Counted from the stretch's first letter, positions 39,085-51,323 are shown. The stretch is 64,000 nt of DNA from Alphaproteobacteria bacterium (GCA_965232515.1 CBDDPY010000002.1:6784001-6848000); one strand, 5' to 3'. The notes: a model not told the origin generated them from the sequence alone. Translations and numbers: made by a program.

Positions 39085-40266
39085 TCAAGCATAGGACGGC
39101 GCGGCCTTGGTGAAGGCGGCGCGGAGCTTGTCGGCGATGGCGTCGATGTCGGCGCAGACGGCGTAGCGGACGTAGCCGGGGAAATGCACGCCGACGACGC
39201 CGGTCTCCTCGATCATGGCAAAGTTGAAGGCCTCTGAACTGTCCATCTGTTTGCCGAAGGCGTTCGTGGGCACTTCCCAGAGGGCGTAGAAGCCGGCCGA
39301 GGGTTCGATGGCGAGGCGCATGCCGGCGTCGCGCATGAGCGTGACCAGCGTCTCGAGGCGACGACGGTAGGTCTCGCGGCCGGCGGCGATGCCGGCCTGG
39401 TCGTCCTCCAAGGCGGCGAGCGCGCCGGCGGCCATGGGCGCGACGTGGCCGGAGTCGATCTTGCCCTTGATCTCGGCCATGTCGGCGATGAAGTCGGGCG
39501 AGCCGACCATGGCGCCGACATGCCAGCCGGTGCCGTTGCCGATCAGCTTCGCCGCGGTGAAGGCCTCGGCCCAGGAGAGCTGGGGGAAATCGACGGCGAC
39601 TTCGGTCAGCGTCGCGTTCTCGTCGGTGTGGGCGAGTGCGGTGTAGGCGGCGTCGTTGAAGAGGCGGATGTCGTTGTCGGCGCAGTGCCGGCAGAGCGTC
39701 GCCAGCCAGTCGCGCGTGGCGATCTGGCCCGAGGGGTTGTGCGGATAGTTGATCATCAGCAGGCCGGTGCCGGGCGCGATGTCGACCGGCGTGAAGCGGA
39801 ACGCGTTCGCGCTCGAGGTCGGCAACGGCACGTTGGTCACGTGATGCAGAAAGCCGCACCAGTCGGTCGGGATCGGATAGCCGGGCTTGGTCATGGTGCC
39901 GACGGTGAGCGGCGCGAGCGCGCCGCCGCAGGCGAGCGGCGGCACGCCCAGAACAGGCTTGATGCCGGGGATCGGCAGGTAGGCGACGTCCTGATCGGAG
40001 ATGTCGCGTTCGAGATGGCCGGCGACGAAGCGCTCGGCGAAGCCGGGCACGCCGGGGCTGAGGTTGTACTGGTAGGCGTGCATTGCCTCGGCGTCGCTCA
40101 TGACCGCGTCGCGGGCGGCCTCGCGCGCGCTCAACAGCGCCGCGCCGCGCGGCTCGCCGATCGACAGGTCCAGCAGCTCGATCCCGCGTCCCTGCGCCTC
40201 GGCGCGCTTGGCGCGCACGAGCTGAAACACGTTGGCGCCGCCCGCCGGCAATCGTCGTTGGCGCAT
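39085..40266 (-). CDS. PLP-dependent aminotransferase class I/II (LL-DAP-AT-like, divergent)
   Basis: DLSIGEP, PGYP, INYPHNPSG, NDAAY, Lys in TAAKL; GGAGG RBS. Confidence 0.8.
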   Translation of the reverse strand: MRQRRLPAGGANVFQLVRAKRAEAQGRGIELLDLSIGEPRGAALLSAREAARDAVMSDAEAMHAYQYNLSPGVPGFAERFVAGHLERDISDQDVAYLPIPGIKPVLGVPPLACGGALAPLTVGTMTKPGYPIPTDWCGFLHHVTNVPLPTSSANAFRFTPVDIAPGTGLLMINYPHNPSGQIATRDWLATLCRHCADNDIRLFNDAAYTALAHTDENATLTEVAVDFPQLSWAEAFTAAKLIGNGTGWHVGAMVGSPDFIADMAEIKGKIDSGHVAPMAAGALAALEDDQAGIAAGRETYRRRLETLVTLMRDAGMRLAIEPSAGFYALWEVPTNAFGKQMDSSEAFNFAMIEETGVVGVHFPGYVRYAVCADIDAIADKLRAAFTKAAPSYA

Positions 40267-40374
40267 GGCCCTTCCTCCGTTCCCGCCTTTTGGGCGAGAC
40301 TAGCGCCGTCCGGCGGATCGGGCTAGAACGGTGGGGTCGTTTGTTCAGAACAACAATTGCGTAGGGAGGATGAC

Positions 40375-41358
40375 ATGGCTCGGGTGATTTCACTCGTCGG
40401 CATGGCGGTTGCGCTGGCGCTGACGGCGGGCGCGGCGAATGCGAAGACCTATACGCTGACGCTCTGCGGCGCGAGCCCGGGCGGGCTCTGGTCGCTCTTG
40501 GGCGCGGGCGTGGACTCGGCCATGAAGGCGGCCTATCCCGGTTCCACCGTGACCTATCAGACCTCGGGCGGCGGTTTCGCCAATGTCGGCCTGCTGAGGG
40601 CCAAGAAGTGCGAGCTGGCGATCGTGCACGACGCCGAGGCCAAACTGGCGCTGGAAGGCAAGAAGCCGTTCAAGCAGGCGGCGGGCGACCTGCGGGCCAT
40701 TGCGGTGCTGTACAACTGGGCGCCGATGCAGTTCGTCATGAACAAGGATTTCGCCGACGAGCACGGCATCACGTCCTTCGAGGACATCGTCGCCAAGAAG
40801 GCGCCCGTCAGGATCGGCGTCAACCGGCGGGGCAACGTCGTCAGCCATGTGATCGAATCCATGTTCCAGGCGGCCGGCGCCAGCTTCGACGACATCGAGA
40901 GCTGGGGCGGCAAGGTCGTGTTCGCGGCCTCGAAGGAAATGTCGGGCCTGATCTCGGACCGGCGCATCGATGCATTCGGCAACGGCGTCTTCGTGCGGCA
41001 TCGCTCGGTGCGCCAACCGGCGGAGGCCGTGCCGCTGACGCTGCTGAACGTGTCGGACGCGACCATCGAGAAGGTCCGCGGGAGCTGGGAGATCGGCCGT
41101 TACACCGTGAAAGGCGGCTCGTACGACTGGGCGCCGAACGATGTGCACACGGTCACGCTGTCGGCGCAGCTCGTGGCCTCAAGCTCGTTGAGTGACGAGG
41201 ACGCCTACAACATCACGAAGGCGCTGATCGACAATGTCGGCAAGGTCTCGGGCGTGCACAAGGCGATGAAGAACCTCGACGCCAAGCTCATGGCCGGCTC
41301 GTCGACGCCCTATCACGCGGGCGCCGCGAAGGCCTTCAAGGAGGCCGGCCTGCAATAG
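40375..41358 (+). CDS. TAXI-family TRAP substrate-binding protein
   Basis: Signal peptide, GASPGGLW, TSGGGFAN, PYHAGA.KAFKEAG. Confidence 0.85.
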   Translation: MARVISLVGMAVALALTAGAANAKTYTLTLCGASPGGLWSLLGAGVDSAMKAAYPGSTVTYQTSGGGFANVGLLRAKKCELAIVHDAEAKLALEGKKPFKQAAGDLRAIAVLYNWAPMQFVMNKDFADEHGITSFEDIVAKKAPVRIGVNRRGNVVSHVIESMFQAAGASFDDIESWGGKVVFAASKEMSGLISDRRIDAFGNGVFVRHRSVRQPAEAVPLTLLNVSDATIEKVRGSWEIGRYTVKGGSYDWAPNDVHTVTLSAQLVASSSLSDEDAYNITKALIDNVGKVSGVHKAMKNLDAKLMAGSSTPYHAGAAKAFKEAGLQ

Positions 41359-41386
41359 CGGCCGCGCGGCCTAGTCTCTCGTAACG

Positions 41387-41414
41387 GCATCGGCGGCCAG
41401 GTGGCCGCCGATGC
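41387..41414 (+). terminator. 12-bp hairpin between the TAXI SBP and its permease
   Basis: GCATCGGCGGCC-aggt-GGCCGCCGATGC. Confidence 0.55.
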
Positions 41415-41432
41415 GCCTTTCGGACGGCGTCC

Positions 41433-43346
41433 ATGCAGCTCTTGAGTATCGCCTTCTCGACCGGTGGCCGGCGCAATCCGGAAGGCTGGCTCAAGGCCGC
41501 GATCACCGCCTATGCCGCGGGCGTCACCTGCTGGGTGGTCTACGCGGCGACGTTTGCCTTCATCGACGCGCTGGCACTGACCATCATCTTCCTGGCGCTG
41601 ATGCTGGTGCTGGTGTTCCTGACCATCAACGCCACGTCGGCCAGCGCCTCGGGCCGGCCGCCGATTTACGACGTCGTCTTCGCGGCGGCGAGCGCGGCCG
41701 CCGGCGGCTATTTCGCGGTCAATGTCGATGTCATCGCCGAACGGATCACGCTGCTCGACCCGTTGAGCGCATGGGACATCGTCTTCGCCACGATCCTCTG
41801 GGTGCTGACGCTGGAGGCGACGCGGCGCACGGTCGGGCTCGGTCTTGCCGTGCTGGTCGGGCTGTTCATCCTCTACAACCTGTTCGGCGACCGCTTCGAG
41901 GGCCCGCTGAACCACGGCCTGATCACCTATGAGCACTTCGTTGACATCATGGTGTTCACGACGGACGGCATCTTCGGCGTGCCGCTCAGGGTCGCTGGTA
42001 CTTACGTGTTTCTGTTCGTGCTGTTCGGCACCTTTCTGTCGAAGGCCGGCGGCAGCGAGTTCTTCTTCGACCTGGCGGCGGCGCTGAGTGGGCGCACGCC
42101 CGGCGGGCCGGCGAAGATCGCCGTGGTCTCGTCCGGCCTCTACGGCACGATTTCGGGCAGCCCGACGTCGGATGTGGTGACGACGGGCGCCGTGACGATC
42201 CCGATCATGAAGCGGCTCGGCTATTCCGGGTCGCTCGCCGGCGGCGTCGAGGTCGCGGCCTCGACGGGCGGCAGCATCCTGCCGCCGGTCATGGGTTCGG
42301 CCGCCTTCATCATGGCCGACTTCACCGACCTCGATTACCTCGACATCGTTATTGCCGGGCTGGTACCGGCGTTTCTCTATTACATCTGCATCTATACGCA
42401 GGTGCATTTGCGCTCGCTGAAGCTGGGCCTGGCGCCGCTGGCGGCCGCCGATGTGCCGCTGCTGCGCGACACCATGAAACGCGGCGGGCTGTTCTTGGTG
42501 CCGCTGGTGGTGATCGTGGTGGCGCTGGTGCAGGGCTATACGCCGACCTACGTGGCGGTGTTCGGCGCCGCGTCCGTGTTCGTGACCTCGCTGTTCCGGG
42601 CCGACACGCGCATGGGGCCGCGGGCGGTCTACGAGACGCTGGCGGAAGCCGCGCTGCGCATGGTGCCGGTGACGGGCGCCTGCGCCGCCGCCGGGTTGGT
42701 GATCGGCGGCATCACCATGACCGGGCTCGCGGCCAAGTTCTCGCATCTGATTTTCTTCTTGACCGACGCCGACCTGTTCCTGTCGTTGCTGGCGGCGGCG
42801 GCGCTGACCATCGTGCTCGGCCTCGGCATGCCGACGCCCAGCGCCTATATCCTCGCCGCCGTGCTGGTCGGGCCGCTGTTGATCAACGATCTCGGCGTCA
42901 ACCTGATGGCCGGGCACATGTTCCTGTTGTACTTCGCCGTGCTGTCGGCGATGACGCCGCCGGTGGCGGTCGCGGCCTATGCGGCGTCGGCTATTGCGCA
43001 GGACAATCCGTTGAAGATCGCCGTTACCGCCGTGCGGCTGTCGCTCGGCGCTTTCGTGCTGCCGTTCGCCTTCGTCTACGCCAACGGCATCCTGCTGATC
43101 GGCGAGCCAGTGGAGATCGTGCTGGCCTGTACGGGCGCGGCCGTCGGGCTGGTGTTGCTGTCGATCGCCGCCGAGGGCTATCTCAAGGCGCCGATCCCGA
43201 GTTGGCGGCGGCTGCTGGCGGCGGGCGCAGGCTTGGCGCTGCTGGCGCCGACTCCCGTCACGGGCGCAGCAGGGCTGGCAGCGGGCGCCGTGGCGCTGGC
43301 GCCGAGTTTTATCGGCGGGGCTGGCCGGCGCCGCCCTGGTGGCTGA
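41433..43346 (+). CDS. TRAP 4TM/12TM fused permease (TAXI-associated)
   Basis: LEATRR, GGPAKIAV, GTISGS, EVAASTGG, PPVMGSAAFIMA, LGLGMP, TPPVA. Confidence 0.9.
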   Translation: MQLLSIAFSTGGRRNPEGWLKAAITAYAAGVTCWVVYAATFAFIDALALTIIFLALMLVLVFLTINATSASASGRPPIYDVVFAAASAAAGGYFAVNVDVIAERITLLDPLSAWDIVFATILWVLTLEATRRTVGLGLAVLVGLFILYNLFGDRFEGPLNHGLITYEHFVDIMVFTTDGIFGVPLRVAGTYVFLFVLFGTFLSKAGGSEFFFDLAAALSGRTPGGPAKIAVVSSGLYGTISGSPTSDVVTTGAVTIPIMKRLGYSGSLAGGVEVAASTGGSILPPVMGSAAFIMADFTDLDYLDIVIAGLVPAFLYYICIYTQVHLRSLKLGLAPLAAADVPLLRDTMKRGGLFLVPLVVIVVALVQGYTPTYVAVFGAASVFVTSLFRADTRMGPRAVYETLAEAALRMVPVTGACAAAGLVIGGITMTGLAAKFSHLIFFLTDADLFLSLLAAAALTIVLGLGMPTPSAYILAAVLVGPLLINDLGVNLMAGHMFLLYFAVLSAMTPPVAVAAYAASAIAQDNPLKIAVTAVRLSLGAFVLPFAFVYANGILLIGEPVEIVLACTGAAVGLVLLSIAAEGYLKAPIPSWRRLLAAGAGLALLAPTPVTGAAGLAAGAVALAPSFIGGAGRRRPGG

Positions 43347-44091
43347 AAGCGCCCACATCAACGACAGTGCCGGAAATCTGCGCCGCCTGGTCCGAGAGCA
43401 GGAAGGCGACGGCGTTGGCGATGTCCTGCGGCGTGGTTGGACGCCCGCTCGCGGTTTGCACCGGCGGCAGCGGCCGTTGCGCAGCCATTTCCTCGACCAT
43501 GCCCGACGCGGTCTGCGGTCCCGGCACGACGGTGTTGACCCGGATACCGTCGCCCAGGTGGTCGTAGGCCATGGCGGCGCTGAGCGCGAAGACGCCGCCC
43601 TTGCTGGCGCAGTAGGCGGCCGAGTTCGGCTTGCCCCAGCCGGAACCCGAGCCGATGTTGACGATGGCGCCGCCACCGGCCGCGACCATGTGCGGGATCA
43701 CCGCGCGTGATGTCAGGTACGGGCCTTTCAGGTTGACGGCCAGCACCTGGTCGTAGGTGGCTTCGTCGGTATCCAGAATGGTGCCGCTTGGACGGATGGC
43801 GGCGTTATTGACCAGTCCATCGATCCGGCCGGTGGCGGCGAGCGCCGCCGTGACCACGCGGGCGACGTCGTTGGCGTTTGCGACATCGCCGTCCATTACC
43901 GCGCCCTCGAGCCCGGCTTCGGCCAGCGCCTCGCGCGTGTCCTCGACGCCGCCTTCGGCGGCGCTGCCGGGCTGGCGCGCCGACAGGCCGAAGGCGACCA
44001 CGCGCCAGCCGCGACGCGCGAGATCCATCACGATGCCGCGGCCGATGCCGTAGGTGCCGCCGGCGACGATAACGGTGCGACGGTCTGGCAC
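43309..44091 (-). CDS. SDR-family oxidoreductase (possible cis-dihydrodiol dehydrogenase role)
   Basis: AGGTYGIG, NNAA, YCASK, IRVNTVVPG; last gene of the dioxygenase operon. Confidence 0.85.
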   Translation of the reverse strand: MPDRRTVIVAGGTYGIGRGIVMDLARRGWRVVAFGLSARQPGSAAEGGVEDTREALAEAGLEGAVMDGDVANANDVARVVTAALAATGRIDGLVNNAAIRPSGTILDTDEATYDQVLAVNLKGPYLTSRAVIPHMVAAGGGAIVNIGSGSGWGKPNSAAYCASKGGVFALSAAMAYDHLGDGIRVNTVVPGPQTASGMVEEMAAQRPLPPVQTASGRPTTPQDIANAVAFLLSDQAAQISGTVVDVGAFSHQGGAGQPRR

Positions 44092-44103
44092 GGGGGCAGC
44101 CTC

Positions 44104-44640
44104 CTAGAAGAACGTGGTCAGGTTCTTGGCCAGCAGCACGTTCTGATCGAGGAAGACCTCGCGCCGGGCGATCAGGAAGCTGTCGCCCGACCGGCGCAGG
44201 CGGTCGTGGCGCTTGCCGACATAGAAATCGGTCTCGGTCTCGGTGCGGTTGCGGTAAAGCAGAAAGCGGCAGCGGGCCTCGACTAATGCGTCGTCGACGG
44301 CCTCGGCCTCGACGTTCGAGATCATGTGCGTCGTGCGCGAGACCGGTTCCTCGGCCCAGTGCACGCCGGTCATGATCTGTTTGACCCGCTGCTCGATCTC
44401 GAACTTGCCCTCGTCGAACCAGTTCAGGTCCTTGCCCTCGGCCGAGCGCTCGCCGTCCCATTCGCCGAAGGGCCGGTTGTAGTTCAGCGGCATCCAGTAG
44501 CGCAGGTCGTCGGCCAGCAGGTCGAGCCACGCCTGGAACTGTCTTGAATCGAGCAGATCTGCCTCGCGGGCGTAGAACTGCTCGACCGCGTGCTTCAACA
44601 GCAGTCGGTCGAGCAGGGCCTTGTCGGCGCCGATGTCCAT
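44104..44640 (-). CDS. Aromatic ring-hydroxylating dioxygenase beta subunit
   Basis: EQFYAREADLLD, YWMP, WAEEPVSRTTH, LDQNVLLAKNLTTFF. Confidence 0.92.
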   Translation of the reverse strand: MDIGADKALLDRLLLKHAVEQFYAREADLLDSRQFQAWLDLLADDLRYWMPLNYNRPFGEWDGERSAEGKDLNWFDEGKFEIEQRVKQIMTGVHWAEEPVSRTTHMISNVEAEAVDDALVEARCRFLLYRNRTETETDFYVGKRHDRLRRSGDSFLIARREVFLDQNVLLAKNLTTFF

Positions 44641-44644
44641 GACG

Positions 44645-46015
44645 TTACTCCGCCGCCTTGACGTCAGAAGGCCGCAAGGCGCCGGCGCCGGGCGGGGTGT
44701 CCATCATCGCCGCCCAGCGGGCGTAGAAGGCCCGCTGGTTCTGCTCCGAGACGTCCTCGGTGGCGTAGACGTCGCCGCCGAGCCAGTCGACCGGCCAGCC
44801 CTTGCGCTCGTGCCCCAAGCCCATGCCGTAGTGGAACGGATGCCGGCGGGCGATGGTGCCGCGCGCGCCCTCGTGCGCGTAGCCCCAGTTCTCCATGTCG
44901 TCCTGCTCGGTCAGGCCCGAGGGTCCCTGGTAGCGGATGACGTAGTGGCGCAGCACGTTCTTCACTTCGCCGGGCGCGGCCTTCGGCACCAGGAAGATGC
45001 GCCAGGTCTCTGTCTCGTGCGGGCCGGCCGGATGCCAGGTGCCCATGGACTGGACGCCGTTGGAGTAGGAGACGTTCGGAAAAATCGTGCCGCCATGGCC
45101 GAACCAGCGGGACTTCTCGCCCAGCCGCTCCTGGCGTTTGGCATAGCACTCACGGAACCAGTCCTCGACCACCGGCATTTCCTGGTAGGTCGGCATGTAG
45201 TCGTAATCGTCCTTGAACAGCTCGCCGCGCGCGGTGTGGCCTTCCGGCGTGATGCAGATGTTGAGCTTGTAGACCTCGCGCTTGCGCGTCACCGTGTCGT
45301 AGGTGTGGCGGCCTTTGACGCCCGCTGGCGACAGCACGACCTGGTCGACCGATGCGTGACTGGGGTTGTGGTAATAGTCGCCGGCGAAATTTTCGGCGCC
45401 GAACTTCCAGTTGTTGGGCATGCGCCATTTGAAGATGCCGCCGAGCGCTTCCCAGTCGCCGAACGTGCCGTCGGGCAGCTCGCAATAGTCGTCGAAATAG
45501 AAGCGGTGGTCGCCCAGATAGGTCTCGAAGTCGGGCGTGGCCTCGTCCCAGCAGGCGAAGATGAAGCCGTGATAGCTGCTGACCCGGGCCTCGATCAGGC
45601 CCCATTTGCCGCGGTCGAGCTCGTTGTGGTAGCCCGACTCCAGCTTGGGCACGGCGATCAGCTCGCCCTGATCGGAATAGACCCAGGCGTGATAGGGGCA
45701 GTAGAACTTGCGCGTGTTGCCGTGGTCGTAGCGGCAGACCCGCATGCCGCGGTGACGGCAGTTGTTCAGGAAGACGTGCAGGCGGCCGTCGCGGTCGCGA
45801 TTGACGATGACGGACTCTTCGCCCATGCGGCCGAGCACGAAATCGCCGGGTTCGGGGATCTGGCTCTCATGCCCGACGAACAGCCAGGCGCGCGCGAACA
45901 CGCGCTCCAGCTCGTCCTCGTAGACCGCCTGGTTGCTGAAGATATCGCGGCTGATCAGGCCCCGGTCGATATCGACCAGCCCGCCGCCATAGGTTCGTTC
46001 CCCGCCATCACGCAT
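44645..46015 (-). CDS. Rieske ring-hydroxylating dioxygenase alpha subunit
   Basis: Rieske CRHRG...CPYH, NWKFGAENF..D.YH...H mononuclear Fe site, QDDMENW. Confidence 0.93.
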   Translation of the reverse strand: MRDGGERTYGGGLVDIDRGLISRDIFSNQAVYEDELERVFARAWLFVGHESQIPEPGDFVLGRMGEESVIVNRDRDGRLHVFLNNCRHRGMRVCRYDHGNTRKFYCPYHAWVYSDQGELIAVPKLESGYHNELDRGKWGLIEARVSSYHGFIFACWDEATPDFETYLGDHRFYFDDYCELPDGTFGDWEALGGIFKWRMPNNWKFGAENFAGDYYHNPSHASVDQVVLSPAGVKGRHTYDTVTRKREVYKLNICITPEGHTARGELFKDDYDYMPTYQEMPVVEDWFRECYAKRQERLGEKSRWFGHGGTIFPNVSYSNGVQSMGTWHPAGPHETETWRIFLVPKAAPGEVKNVLRHYVIRYQGPSGLTEQDDMENWGYAHEGARGTIARRHPFHYGMGLGHERKGWPVDWLGGDVYATEDVSEQNQRAFYARWAAMMDTPPGAGALRPSDVKAAE

Positions 46016-46350
46016 ACCGCGACCTCCCGAAATTCCGGCCGACTATACACAGGGGCTCTCGGGCGCGACAACTCGGGCGCCGTCCGCCCGCACAGGGCCT
46101 GAAAAATCCGTTCCTGAGACAATAATCAACCGCCGCCGCGATGTTTTCGGTTGTGTGAAGAAGATTGACCTAAAGAAAAATCAAAAAGGCAAAATATTCA
46201 TCTCACCCATTTGGGGTAGATACTTGTGACCAAAAATAATCATCACACCGTGATGTGAAAAATATCACTATCAGAGAAATATGAACAGCTCATGTTTGAG
46301 GAAATAAAGGGAGGTCCCTTTGGATTTACTCGAACAAGGGATGTTTCACT

Positions 46351-48156
46351 ATGGCTATATCTCCATCTGAGCGTGCGCGTACCGTCGCCAAAGAGCTTTC
46401 GGCGAAGACCTTCAAGGCCAAGGACGTCCGGCTGGTCAGCGCCGTTCGTTCGGCGTTGGCGGAAAGTGGACGGGCCCTGCACCGGTTTATCGCCCATGAC
46501 AGCAAGGACCCCAACGGGCCCCGGCTTGCGGTCATCCTCGACGACGACGGCAGGGAAGTCGAGGCGGCGTCTCTCTCGGCAGCCGTTGCCGGGGCGCTTG
46601 GCGTCGAAGTCGCGGCCGGAGCAACGGTGGTCGGGCGGCCGGTGGCAACGCCGGCGGCCTCGGCGACGATCGATCCGACGTCGAACGATCTGGTGCTGGA
46701 GCTGGGCGAGGTCGAGGAAGAGATCGTCACCGTGACGATCCCGGCAATGGCCGGCGTGAGCAAGGCGGACGTCTATCTGCTGGCTGACACCACCGGCAGC
46801 ATGACGTCGGTCATTGATGCGGTCCAAATGGGCGCCAACGCCATCCTGAACGGCGTGCCGGGCGGCATCGACTTCGCCTTCGGCGTCGGCAACTACCGGG
46901 ACCTGCCCGACACCAATCCGCCCTTCGTGCATCAGCTGGACCCGGACACCAACCCGGCGAACGTGACGGCGGCGATCAATGCCTGGTCGGCCGGTATGGG
47001 CGGCGACACGCCGGAAGCGCAACTGTTCGCGCTGCACCAGCTGGGCGAGGCGCCAGGCGGCGCCATCGGCTGGCGGCCGGATTCGAAACGGATCATCGTC
47101 TGGTTCGGCGACGCGCCGGGCCACGATCCGATCTGCGCCGCGCTCTCGGGCCTCGGCTTCGACATCACCGAGGCGTCGGCGACGGCGCGTCTGGTGGCCG
47201 AGGACATCACCGTGCTGGCGATCAGCACCGACACCGGCACGGCGAACGCGCTGAACGGCGATCCGACTGCGGGCGCGGTCGACTACACGCCGCCGTGCGC
47301 GGTCGGCGGTGCGTCGGGTCAGGCCACCCGGATCGCGAATGCGACAGGCGGCAAGCATGTCGCGGGCATCGATGCCGGCGATATCGTCGACACAATCGTC
47401 GACCTGATCGAGTCGGCGGTGCTGGACATCGACAAGGTGACGCTGGAACCGACCGCGGCGGTGGCGCCCTTCGTCGAGTCGATCATGCCGCCGTCCTACG
47501 GCCCGCTGCCGGGCGACGAAGAGCACGTGCTGCCCTTCAAGGTCCGCTGGCGCGGCGTGAAGCCGTGCGGCGACGAGGATGTCGTGGTGACCGGCGGGCT
47601 GAACGCGGTGGCCGACGGTTCGGTGATCGCGCGCAAGCCGGTCAGGATCACGATCCCGGCCTGTCCGCCCGAGTTCGTCTACGCCATCAAGTATGTGTGC
47701 GGCACGTCCGAGGACTGCGGTTGTCCGGACGCGCCGGTGCGGCCCGGACGCTATGCGACCGAGATCAACATCCATAATCCGAGCCGCCATACTGCGGCGG
47801 TGGCGAAGTGGGTGTCGCCGACCGTATCGGCCGGCATCGGCATCGCCCGCGAGCCTCGGTCGCAAGGGCCGGTCAACCGCGACCGTATCAAGCTGCGGCC
47901 GCATGAGGTGACCATGGATGACTGCAAACGGCTGGCGGAGCTGCACTACGGTGCGCCGGCCGAGGGTAAGCTGCCGCTGACGATCGGCTTCCTGGAGATC
48001 GTGAGCACGCAGCAGCTCGTCGTCACCGCTGTCTATACCGCGACCGGTGCGGACGGCGGCCTGACCATGGATGTGGAGACCGTGCAGCCGATCGTTCGCC
48101 CGCAGTTGCCGCCGCGGGTGCCCGGCGGGTCGGCGCCGTCGGGCCCGGCCGGCTAG
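46351..48156 (+). CDS. vWA (MIDAS) domain protein, integrin-beta-I-like, with a Cys-containing C-terminal beta-rich domain
   Basis: DVYLLADTTGSM, GGDTPEAQLFAL, IGWRPDSKRIIVWFGDAPGH; C-terminal YAIKYVCG..PGRYATEINIHNP..GFLEI..VTAVYT. Confidence 0.75.
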   Translation: MAISPSERARTVAKELSAKTFKAKDVRLVSAVRSALAESGRALHRFIAHDSKDPNGPRLAVILDDDGREVEAASLSAAVAGALGVEVAAGATVVGRPVATPAASATIDPTSNDLVLELGEVEEEIVTVTIPAMAGVSKADVYLLADTTGSMTSVIDAVQMGANAILNGVPGGIDFAFGVGNYRDLPDTNPPFVHQLDPDTNPANVTAAINAWSAGMGGDTPEAQLFALHQLGEAPGGAIGWRPDSKRIIVWFGDAPGHDPICAALSGLGFDITEASATARLVAEDITVLAISTDTGTANALNGDPTAGAVDYTPPCAVGGASGQATRIANATGGKHVAGIDAGDIVDTIVDLIESAVLDIDKVTLEPTAAVAPFVESIMPPSYGPLPGDEEHVLPFKVRWRGVKPCGDEDVVVTGGLNAVADGSVIARKPVRITIPACPPEFVYAIKYVCGTSEDCGCPDAPVRPGRYATEINIHNPSRHTAAVAKWVSPTVSAGIGIAREPRSQGPVNRDRIKLRPHEVTMDDCKRLAELHYGAPAEGKLPLTIGFLEIVSTQQLVVTAVYTATGADGGLTMDVETVQPIVRPQLPPRVPGGSAPSGPAG

Positions 48157-48192
48157 GTCAGCGGCGTTTCTCCGATCACCGGAGAGGCACCA

Positions 48193-48230
48193 AGTTCACC
48201 GGCCCGCTCTTGGGGGCGGGCCGGTGAGCT
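48193..48230. terminator. 17-bp hairpin between convergent genes (bidirectional terminator)
   Basis: AGTTCACCGGCCCGCTC-ttgg-GGGCGGGCCGGTGAGCT. Confidence 0.65.
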
Positions 48231-48235
48231 CCCCG

Positions 48236-50977
<2,742 letters not shown>

Positions 50978-51038
50978 CTCGCCCAATACGCGGGCGGCAC
51001 TTTGGAAGCGGCCGCCGACCCGGATCGCCGCGCAGCAG

Positions 51039-51245
51039 TCAGGTGGTTTTGTCGTCGACGGTTGCGGCCGGCATCGTCGCGTGGGCGTTGACGAACGCTT
51101 CCAGATCCTTGACCGCGACCCGGAACTCGCGGCCGAACCGGACGGCCCGCAGTTCGGCCTCGTGGATCCAGCCGCGAACGGTCGTCTCGCTGACTTTCAG
51201 AAGCTCGGCCACGTCATGCGTGGTCATGAAGGGTTGGCTCAGCAT
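51039..51245 (-). CDS. Small excisionase/BldC-like (MerR-superfamily) helix-turn-helix protein
   Basis: FMTTHDVAELLKVSETTVRGWIHEAELRAVRFGREFRV..DLEAF. Confidence 0.82.
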   Translation of the reverse strand: MLSQPFMTTHDVAELLKVSETTVRGWIHEAELRAVRFGREFRVAVKDLEAFVNAHATMPAATVDDKTT

Positions 51246-51309
51246 CGCTTGAGCGCCTCGTAGTGCAAACGAACGCGGTTGAGCATGGTTGAGCGCAAAC
51301 GGGCGGTCT

Positions 51310-51323
51310 TTGACCGATATCAA
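51310..51323. promoter_or_regulatory. FNR/FixK box
   Basis: TTGAC-cgat-ATCAA, one mismatch to TTGAT-N4-ATCAA, in the divergent gap between the HTH/ATPase and ADH/USP arms. Confidence 0.7.

Noticed and set aside
21730-39091. 14-nt sequence AACCGGCTCAAGCA seen at about 21730 and 39078
   Set aside because: Two copies in unrelated contexts; compatible with chance.
51039-51245. Excisionase as evidence of a prophage or integrative element
   Set aside because: No integrase, att site, tRNA or phage genes nearby; context is regulatory.
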